Assembly: GCA_965223265.1 (NCBI GenBank)
Contig: OZ244999.1
Span: 160,001 to 224,000, forward strand
Direction: 5' to 3'
Origin: Planctomycetota bacterium
GTDB taxonomy: Bacteria; Planctomycetota; UBA8108; SXIK01
DNA length: 64,000 nt
Under the pieces are notes generated by a model. The model searched no databases. It saw only the letters and a program-made list of their open reading frames with translations, and was not told the DNA's origin. The position numbers and the translations under genes were made by a program. Shown here one piece after another: positions 1-7,344 of this stretch (within the stretch, counting starts at the first letter, position 1; every line of letters starts with the position of its first letter).

Positions 1-2
1 CT

Positions 3-1895
3 ATCGTCCTCCTTGGCGAGACGACCCCTGAGGCTTTCAGGGCGGGGATCGGAGGTGATGCCTCCTTGAGCAGTCTCTTCAAGGTGGTCAAGCTGGAGCC
101 CGCTTCCCTTCGAACGTCAAGTGCCATCGTGCGTCGCGTTGCGGTCGACGAAGGCGTACGCATGCCCCCGTCGCTATGCGATCGTTTGGTCAACTTGAGC
201 GATCTATACGGAGCGAACACTGTACAGCCAGGAAAAGCGGTCCACGTGTTGCGCGAAGCGCTCCGTCTGGCATCTGGCCAAGGAGCACTCACCCTCCGTG
301 ATATCTTGGAAGCTCTCTCAAGAAAATCTGGAATCCCCATTGATCTCCTCGACGACGACATCCCCATCGACGTCGGCGACGTACGGCGCTTCTTCGAATC
401 CAGGGTGATGGGACAGGGGAAAGCTACCTGCGCGGTAACGGATCTCGTCGTCAGAGTGAAAGCAGGCGTCACGGAACCGGCAAGACCCCTCGGCGTATTC
501 TTTTTCGCCGGTCCGAGTGGCGTTGGCAAGACTGAGCTCGCCAAGGCGATCGCCAACTTCATGTTCGGCGACGCCAGCCGCCTTGTGCGGCTGGATATGA
601 GCGAGTATCAGGGGTTCGACGCCGTTGATCGTATGATCGGCGGAGTGGGAAGAGCAGGCCGCCTCACGTCAGCGATCTTGGAAAAGCCCTTCTCGGTCGT
701 TCTTCTCGATGAGATCGAGAAGGCTCACGGAGGTGTCTTTGACCTGTTCCTTCAAGTCTTCGATGCCGGTCGGTTGACTGACGGACAAGGAAGAACCGTC
801 GATTTTGGTCACACGATCTTCATTCTGACTTCGAACGCCGGCGGCACGATCCGGATTCAAGACCAGGTGCCGATCGGTTTTGCTACGAAAGGGAAAGCCG
901 ACACCTGTTTGGAGAGCGAGCTGTGGGAGGAGCTCGAGAAAACCTTCCGGCGCGAGTTTCTCAATCGGCTCGATGAGATCATCTCCTTCGAACCGCTCGG
1001 CCGAGACGTTGTGGAGAAGATCGCCCAACAAGAAGTACAAGCATTTCTCAATCGACCTGGGATTCGTCAGCGGAATCTTGATGTGCGCGTGCAGTCGGAT
1101 GTGGTCTCCTTCGTCGCTCGCGAAGGCTATTCGCGCATCCTCGGCGCACGCGCGCTGAAGCGTACGGTCGAGAAGGTCCTTCATCCTGTCACGATCGCAA
1201 TCGCTGAGAAGAGAATCCGGAAAGGTGGTGGCATCACCGCTTCGGTCCAGGAGGGACGAGTTGTCATTGCGGTCGATTCGGACCGGACTCCTGAAGTGGA
1301 ACCCGAGTCCGTACCGGATCAGTGTGCGATCGAACCGAAGCGGCAGAATCCGGACAACAGCGAAGATCCGCGCTCTGACGGTAACGGTTCGGCGTACTGC
1401 TGGAAGATACGTTTCGTCCTCGAGACGGACGAGGGTGGCAGGAAAAGACGTTGGTATCAACCCGCTCTCTACGTTATCGATTCCGACACCCGTGGAGTAC
1501 CGCGCTATCGTTTTGTGCGACCCCTAGGTCCCGAATGCGACGACGCAGAGACGGCCGCGGACATCGGTTCAACGAAAACCAACGTCCGGCGTGATGACCG
1601 AGCTCGCAACGGCGGCATCGCCTTGCGCGTCAGCGATGTCCTTTCGCCTTCGGAGGCGTCCAGCTGGCGACTCGGTCACGCCAAGTACGCGATCTTCAAC
1701 GCGAAGTCTTCGGCAAGAGATCGCTGGAAGGTGGCAGTCGGTAAACTCACCAAGAGGAGAGGGCGCGATCTCTGGGTCGTACACCGGTATCTTGGCACCT
1801 TCTCCCGGAAGCAGACGACAGAAATAAACACCGTCGAGTTTCCGGTTAGACGCGTTAGCAAGCTTCCTCGAAAGGAAGGAAAAGTAATCCAGTGA
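3..1895 (+). CDS. ClpA/ClpB-like AAA+ ATPase, 5'-partial, with ~200-aa C-terminal extension
   Basis: Frame open from window start (IVLLGETTPEAFR...). Second AAA module has Walker A GPSGVGKTELAK, RLDMSEY, Walker B VVLLDEIEKAH, GRLTDGQGRTVDF, FRREFLNRLD and GARALKR. Confidence 0.9.
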   Translation: MVLLGETTPEAFRAGIGGDASLSSLFKVVKLEPASLRTSSAIVRRVAVDEGVRMPPSLCDRLVNLSDLYGANTVQPGKAVHVLREALRLASGQGALTLRDILEALSRKSGIPIDLLDDDIPIDVGDVRRFFESRVMGQGKATCAVTDLVVRVKAGVTEPARPLGVFFFAGPSGVGKTELAKAIANFMFGDASRLVRLDMSEYQGFDAVDRMIGGVGRAGRLTSAILEKPFSVVLLDEIEKAHGGVFDLFLQVFDAGRLTDGQGRTVDFGHTIFILTSNAGGTIRIQDQVPIGFATKGKADTCLESELWEELEKTFRREFLNRLDEIISFEPLGRDVVEKIAQQEVQAFLNRPGIRQRNLDVRVQSDVVSFVAREGYSRILGARALKRTVEKVLHPVTIAIAEKRIRKGGGITASVQEGRVVIAVDSDRTPEVEPESVPDQCAIEPKRQNPDNSEDPRSDGNGSAYCWKIRFVLETDEGGRKRRWYQPALYVIDSDTRGVPRYRFVRPLGPECDDAETAADIGSTKTNVRRDDRARNGGIALRVSDVLSPSEASSWRLGHAKYAIFNAKSSARDRWKVAVGKLTKRRGRDLWVVHRYLGTFSRKQTTEINTVEFPVRRVSKLPRKEGKVIQ

Positions 1896-1931
1896 TACTC
1901 CTCGTCAGGCTTTCTGCCTCCTGACGCTCCA

Positions 1932-2258
1932 TTGCGGACTACGATCTATGAAGCGCTGAACTGCACCCGCCTCAGCGAGGAGTTCGTCGTCACGGGCCGG
2001 GCCGGCAATCAGCTCGCTCGCTCGTCGATGACCAGGATCACGGCGAAGTACCTCGACGACCTCGATCACCACTACAAGGGCAGGAAGCGGCTGTCGCTCC
2101 ATTCTCTGAGAGCAACCTTCGCCACACAGCTCTGCGAGAACGGAGTTTCGACGAGGGTCATCCAGGGACTGCTCGGCCACTCGGACCCGCGGACGACGAT
2201 GAGGTATGCAGCGGTCACGGAAGCCGCTTGTCTCGAGGCCGTTCGGAAGATCGGCTGA
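1932..2258 (+). pseudogene. Tyrosine recombinase/integrase C-terminal fragment
   Basis: HSLR, LLGH and TTMRY catalytic motifs present. Only 108 aa; N-terminal part missing. Confidence 0.8.
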
Positions 2259-2285
2259 CGCCGACAGAAGGACGGTCGCCCTTTC

Positions 2286-2301
2286 TGAAACACGTGTTTC
2301 A
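2286..2301. promoter_or_regulatory. Perfect 16-bp palindrome TGAAACACGTGTTTCA, copy 1
   Basis: Read directly; identical copies at 3886 and 25436. Function unknown. Confidence 0.7.
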
Positions 2302-2399
2302 CGGCGCGACCGTTCAGCACCGGGGCATACTGAAAACGTCTTCAGCAACCATTTGTGGCCTCTCCCTCTCGCCGCCTGCGATCTGGTATCCTCTCGCAG

Positions 2400-3233
2400 A
2401 TGAAAGCGGCTCCTCCACAGGATGAAATCGATCGCTTCCTGGCCACCGGAGATTACGACATCCTCTTCGTCAATTGGCCGGGGCAGAACATTGTCGACAA
2501 GGCGCAGCGCGGCTCACGGATCCTCGCCGACGCGCTCGCTGCCGAGGTGCGCCGGCGAGCAGAAGGCATAACCGTTCGAACTCCTGATGCTCTCCGTGGA
2601 ACGGATACCGCCGCGTTTGCCCGAAGAAAGGTAGAGCCAATGGTGCGGGGCTTGTTCTCCCGCGTAGAGCAAGATCCTGTACTCGCCCTCCTCGAGCGAT
2701 CGCTGGTCTTTCTGACACCCGAGACGATCGAGCCTCTGATCCAGAACGAGAGATCCCTAGGCACCGCAAGGCTCGCTGCGAACGTCTATCTGGACAGCAT
2801 CGGCGCAGAACCACTGGACGAGGACGAAACAGTTCCCGTGGGGTTCTCGGAGGAGACGACGTGCTACGTCTCGATTGCGTACTTCGATGTCGACGATCCC
2901 TTCGCCGACTACGTGATCCACGAGGCCGCGCACGTGTTCCATAACACGAAGCGAAAGACGCTGGGTCTTCACGAGACGAGGCGCCGAGAATGGCTCCTGC
3001 CGATTGAATTCGTGAAGCGGGAGACGTTCGCATACGCGTGCGAGTTCTACTCTCGCATTCTCGAGCTTGGGAAACGCTCTTCAGAGCGAAAAGAACTCCT
3101 GGAGAAGTTAAAGGACCGCGCATCGCTTCCGGACGAGCGAGCCGACTTTGACGAGTTGCTCGACATCCTGGACCGTGCGCTCGACCGGCGAAACGGGTGG
3201 AAGACGATCTTGGAGAGATGCTCGGTTCGGTGA
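2400..3233 (+). CDS. Hypothetical protein with HExxH (zincin-like) motif
   Basis: Long ORF with VIHEAAHVF followed by RETFAYA. ATG at 2400 chosen over GTG at 2355. Confidence 0.75.
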   Translation: MKAAPPQDEIDRFLATGDYDILFVNWPGQNIVDKAQRGSRILADALAAEVRRRAEGITVRTPDALRGTDTAAFARRKVEPMVRGLFSRVEQDPVLALLERSLVFLTPETIEPLIQNERSLGTARLAANVYLDSIGAEPLDEDETVPVGFSEETTCYVSIAYFDVDDPFADYVIHEAAHVFHNTKRKTLGLHETRRREWLLPIEFVKRETFAYACEFYSRILELGKRSSERKELLEKLKDRASLPDERADFDELLDILDRALDRRNGWKTILERCSVR

Positions 3234-3377
3234 ATAGGGGCGATCGGTGATCCGAGCAGCCTTCGCGATTGGGTTTTAATCCACCTAACCCACCCCTTCC
3301 TTCCCACGGACCAGCCCGTCTGGCTATACTGCGCTCCCGAGCTTTCAGAGCCGCCCAACTCGTGGAGAGAACTGGCC

Positions 3378-3434
3378 ATGGGTCACTACTGCCGGATGTG
3401 CGGTCGCGTGCGCGACTTCAAAAGTGGCAGCTAA
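3378..3434 (+). pseudogene. Truncated gene start MGHYCRMCGRVR (CxxC)
   Basis: GGAGAG RBS and ATG; resembles the N-terminus of a hypothetical-protein family I recall (MGHYCRxCG...). Stops after 18 codons. Confidence 0.4.
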
Positions 3435-3693
3435 ACTTTCCAGGATGAATCCCCAAACCGAATCCATTTGGGTGATTCGTGTTGTGGATCGATCGGGAAC
3501 AGGCCCGGTGTTTACGTACCGCTACTCGCGAGAGGAAGTCCGAGACGTTCTCGACGGCGTCAACCCATGTGGAGATCTAGCATCTTGACAAGACTTGAAT
3601 GGCGACGGTGATCTCCTCGCTTGATACGAGGGATCGCAGTCCCACGATCAGGGATCGTGAGCGTGCCAACAGCAAACTCGAAGCTCGAACGAG

Positions 3694-3727
3694 GAACGGG
3701 GTAGCCATCGAGCTGCCCCGTTCTGTT
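3694..3727 (+). terminator. Stem-loop, possible terminator or part of a structured RNA
   Basis: GAACGGGGTAGC-CATCGA-GCTGCCCCGTTC followed by TGTT. Confidence 0.4.
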
Positions 3728-3885
3728 CTACTGCGAGAGCGGGTTTCCGGAGCGCGCGCTAGCATAGCGGGTTTTACGAGGAATCGCGGTTCTTCCAGCT
3801 TTGCCGGCTTGGGTAGACGGGGAAGAACGCGGAATCAGAGTGAAGGATCCCATCACGCACGACGAAATGGGCGAACGCTGGTAGG

Positions 3886-3901
3886 TGAAACACGTGTTTC
3901 A
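3886..3901. promoter_or_regulatory. Perfect 16-bp palindrome TGAAACACGTGTTTCA, copy 2
   Basis: Read directly; intergenic. Confidence 0.7.
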
Positions 3902-4261
3902 TCCGTCAACAGCACAGGAGAACCAGCTTGAAGTGTTTTTGATCGAGTGCGATCGCACCGGGTGGTGTAACGTTTCGTCTGTAAATTCATCCCATCGACC
4001 TTCGATGAATCCTTCGATGGTGATGGGATGTTAGGAAACCCACAAAGCCGGGGTTCGGTATGAGGGAGAGGTGGGGAAGGAGAAGGAAAAGAGGTGGGAT
4101 CGAGTGGTGGTCGTGGTCGACGCGCGAGACCTCGGTTCTCCGAAGACCGCCGCTTATCCGTTCGATTTGACGTTCGCCGTTCGGTCCGGACGGAATGCGC
4201 AGGCGATTTGGTTTGAAGCGTTCTGAGGCGAAGAGATCGTGGGAAATCGGCGGTTCCGACC

Positions 4262-4567
4262 TTAGCTCGGCAGCTCCGAGGCGAGTGGCGTTACCGGAGT
4301 CGGCATCGCATCCGGTTGATCCCCGTGATCTATGTGTGCCAATGCCAGATCCATTTGAGCGTCAAGCAGCTCCCGCTTTGGGACCACAGCTTTCACGATG
4401 TTTTGGATCTGCGATCGGCAGTACTCAGCCTCCGGAGTTCCTGGGTGCGTGGCCATGACGCTCCTATAGAGCTCGAGCGCTTTGCGCAAGTCCTTCGTCG
4501 AGTAGTGTGCCGCGTGCGCCGCAGCGTATTGCTTGCTTGCCTCTGTAGGTCCGGTGCCGTGTTTCAT
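4262..4567 (-). CDS. Small helical (TPR-like) hypothetical protein
   Basis: 101 aa; ALELYRSVMATHPGTPEAEY resembles a TPR-type helix pair; purine-rich RBS region. Confidence 0.75.
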   Translation of the reverse strand: MKHGTGPTEASKQYAAAHAAHYSTKDLRKALELYRSVMATHPGTPEAEYCRSQIQNIVKAVVPKRELLDAQMDLALAHIDHGDQPDAMPTPVTPLASELPS

Positions 4568-4719
4568 GTCTCTTCTTCTGATCTCCTCGCGCGCGCGATC
4601 CTGTGACCTCTGCGACGGAGCACGACCTGGACCGCTTTCGCTGGTCGCTTTGGCCGGAACGCCCGATGAGCAGGACTTGTGAGCAGATCTCTGAGATGCG
4701 CTTCGAAGAAAAAAGGGGA

Positions 4720-4846
4720 AAAGGAGGGAAGAGGACGGAAGATGTCCTCTTCCCGATCCTTCCTCGTTTGTTTCAGGCCCAAATGATTCTCATCGAGTTC
4801 GAGCTCGAAGACAAAGGAGGGAAGAGGATGGGGTGCCCTCTTCCCG
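4720..4846. repeat. Two copies of a hairpin element AAAGGAGGGAAGAGGA-loop-CCTCTTCCCG, 93 bp apart
   Basis: Copies at 4720-4755 and 4813-4846. On the minus strand each stem is followed by a pyrimidine tract. Confidence 0.75.
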
Positions 4847-4904
4847 TCCCAGAGAAGTGAAGAGAGATCGTGGGGAGTTGGTGGTTCGGTCAACAGGAAG
4901 AACT

Positions 4905-5162
4905 TCATTGGGGATCGACCGCGTCGACGACCGCGTCGAACCTGGCGCGTTCGTTGCTCGCGTAGCTCGCGGCGTTCGAAATCGTGTCGCCGAGATCCTT
5001 CAGCCACTTCTTGACGAGATCAGCGTCTGGATGCGCGGGGGCCCGCAGCCCGGCTTCGCATCTCCGACAAGCATCGGCCGCTGCGTAAAGAGCGTGCAGC
5101 AGGCTCGTCGTCATTGGCTCCTCGTTTGTCATTCCTTGCCCATCTTCTGGATCACCGTACAT
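4905..5162 (-). CDS. Small hypothetical protein (start may be 5132 or 5114)
   Basis: Protein-like helical composition; GAGGAG precedes the ATG at 5114. Confidence 0.45.
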   Translation of the reverse strand: MYGDPEDGQGMTNEEPMTTSLLHALYAAADACRRCEAGLRAPAHPDADLVKKWLKDLGDTISNAASYASNERARFDAVVDAVDPQ

Positions 5163-5610
5163 CCGGTTGCAACATGGCCAACCGCCACGGCGTCCTCTCC
5201 ATGCGTCTCTATATTGTCCTATCCATGACTATGCGAGATTCCGACGGCTACGAATTCGCCGATCCATGTCGAGACTTTACGAAGCGCTCGGTCGTTCGGT
5301 TGCTTCGGAGGCACTGTCTGCGCGAGGTTGCGCGTCAGTGGGCCGCTTCCGAGCTCCAACGGAGATCGGGACTAGCTCAGCTCGTCCACACAACCGAAGA
5401 CACGTCCGTTTTAGTAACAAGGCGCATAGAATCGCGGTGTCACGAATGAATCCAATCAAGCCTTTCATATCGACCTCCAGTGTACAGAATGGTTGTGGCC
5501 CACCAGTGAGCTGAACAGTCGGACGTCGTTCAATTCCGGTTTCACTGGCGGGGCCGACGAATCACCAACTCCAACCCAACCCTTTTGGTCCGCTCCTTGA
5601 GCGAAGAGAC

Positions 5611-5925
5611 TCATTTGACTTCAACACGATGGAAAGTGGAGTGGACAACCTCATAGGCTTCAACGTGAGGATCGCCCTCGACCACTTCCGCGAAAATCTT
5701 CAGCACTTCGGAATACCGTCCTCGGTGGTAAGCGTCAGCGCTCTCCTTCTTGTCCCACAGACTGATGGCGACTGCCATCGTCCCACCGGGGGCAACGAAC
5801 GTGATCTCCTCCTGGAATCCGCGCTGCGCTCGCAACAGCGGAATCAACTCGTTCTCCAACGTTCGGGATAGTTCGGGAGTGCCATCGGCGTCCTTCAGAT
5901 TCATCACCACTTGGTGCGCATACAT
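5611..5925 (-). CDS. ABM-like (dimeric alpha/beta-barrel) protein
   Basis: IPLLRAQRGF...AISLWDKKESADAY pattern; AAGGA RBS before ATG 5925. Confidence 0.8.
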   Translation of the reverse strand: MYAHQVVMNLKDADGTPELSRTLENELIPLLRAQRGFQEEITFVAPGGTMAVAISLWDKKESADAYHRGRYSEVLKIFAEVVEGDPHVEAYEVVHSTFHRVEVK

Positions 5926-5969
5926 GTCGGCGTCGTCCTTGGTTCGTTGCGGGGGAGGCGACGACTCAG

Positions 5970-6091
5970 ATAACCTATTTCGGTTTAGAGGCTCGGCCAC
6001 CTTGGTCCACGCTTAACCATTATGAGTGAATTCGCTTGATCGGTCAAGGAAATAGCGGTACGATTTCCCCAGATTAACCGATTATGGTAAA
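5970..6091. promoter_or_regulatory. Three imperfect palindromes WTAACC-N6-RGT, putative operators
   Basis: ATAACCTATTTCGGTTTA (5970), TTAACCATTATGAGTGAA (6013) and TTAACCGATTATGGTAAA (6074), in the AT-rich divergent intergenic region. Confidence 0.5.
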
Positions 6092-6246
6092 GTCATTGGC
6101 GTGGAAAGCTCTGGCACCGAAGAAAGTGGTTTTGCTCCACGACAGTCGTGTGGACGTTTCACAAGCAGAGTATTGGAAGTGACTTGCGGAATCCGAAGAG
6201 GGATCTGCACCCAGACGATTGCGGTGCATCAAGCGGAGGCCCTGCT

Positions 6247-7104
6247 GTGGATGTTTGTTTGCTGATCAAACAGCGCTTGGAAGAACTTGGGCTCGAGCAG
6301 AAGGACCTCGCGACTGCTGCGAACGTTACGGAGTCGTATGTCTCCCAGTTATTGACGCGGAAGAAGACCCCCCCGGCGCCAGACCAGAGCGACATCTACG
6401 AAAGGATGGCGAAGCTCTTGAAACTCCCGAGCAGCCAGCTTTCGAAGCTGGCTGACGCCCGGCGTAAAGAGGAGTTGAAGAAAAAGCTCGGGGACCCAGC
6501 AGCGCCGTTGTTCAAGGAGATTCGCGAGCTGATTCTCCGGAAGTGCTCACCGGCGGAAGAAAAGCAAGTCCGCGCGGTCTTCGAGAAGCAGCCCTTCGGC
6601 GAACTCGAACGTCTCGTCACCCAAAAGCTCTTGGATGTCGTCAAGCAGCTCGCCAAGGAAGAGTTGGAAAACGAAAGCTGGCTTCGCGAAGCGGCGCGAC
6701 TCGGCGACCGAAGCTATGAACAGATGCGCGTTGTCATCCTCGAGTTCCTGGAGACGGACGTCTTCAACTTGTCACCGGAAAACTGTGTTTCCTTCCTGGA
6801 CCCGCTGATTGAATCCTGGCGTATCGACCTGACGACATTTGGTATGGACATCGTGTTAAACCGGAGGCTGGCCCCAGCGCACCGCAAGAGATTCGAATTC
6901 GTGGAAACGGATGCCGACCACCGGTTCGAGGAAGAACCGGGGCTCGAAGAATTCTTCCGTGACCCTTCCCTCAGCGGCGACGCTACTGCGGAAGAAATCA
7001 AGTTTCTAAAGAGGCTGAATCTCAGAGGGAAACGACCCACGGCCCTTTACTATTACCGCGAATTACAGAACCTCAGAGACCCGATCCATTTTCGAACGGG
7101 ATAG
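6247..7104 (+). CDS. XRE/Cro-type HTH transcriptional regulator with long C-terminal domain
   Basis: IKQRLEELGLEQKDLATAANVTESYVSQLL HTH; GGAGG RBS before GTG 6247. Confidence 0.85.
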   Translation: MDVCLLIKQRLEELGLEQKDLATAANVTESYVSQLLTRKKTPPAPDQSDIYERMAKLLKLPSSQLSKLADARRKEELKKKLGDPAAPLFKEIRELILRKCSPAEEKQVRAVFEKQPFGELERLVTQKLLDVVKQLAKEELENESWLREAARLGDRSYEQMRVVILEFLETDVFNLSPENCVSFLDPLIESWRIDLTTFGMDIVLNRRLAPAHRKRFEFVETDADHRFEEEPGLEEFFRDPSLSGDATAEEIKFLKRLNLRGKRPTALYYYRELQNLRDPIHFRTG

Positions 7105-7240
7105 AGTGCGCTTGGCTACCGAAGGACGGCTCAGTCGTTGCGGCTTTCACATGATCCGCCCGTCTACATTCCTTTTAAACAAACGTGGGGCCGATCGTTG
7201 AATCCCAGAGACGAAAGCATCGTGGCGCTCAAGCAGGCCG

Positions 7241-7281
7241 AAGCCCCGGCTGCGCGGCTGGTCGCAGTCACTGGGGGTTTT
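7241..7281 (+). terminator. Possible intrinsic terminator after the XRE gene
   Basis: AAGCCCC-GGCTGCG...CGCAGTC-act-GGGGG followed by TTTT. Confidence 0.35.
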
Positions 7282-7344
7282 GAAACAGCCCCAATCTAAG
7301 TCCAGAAGCTGGGCGGCTGACGCTCGGAGAAAGGAGGACGTCCT

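Noticed and set aside
2286-2301. Canonical parS
   Set aside because: Half-sites are in swapped order relative to TGTTTCACGTGAAACA, and no parAB is in the window.
7278-7292. IS-like end TTTTGAAACAGCCCC
   Set aside because: No partner inverted repeat or transposase found; overlaps a terminator-like stem.
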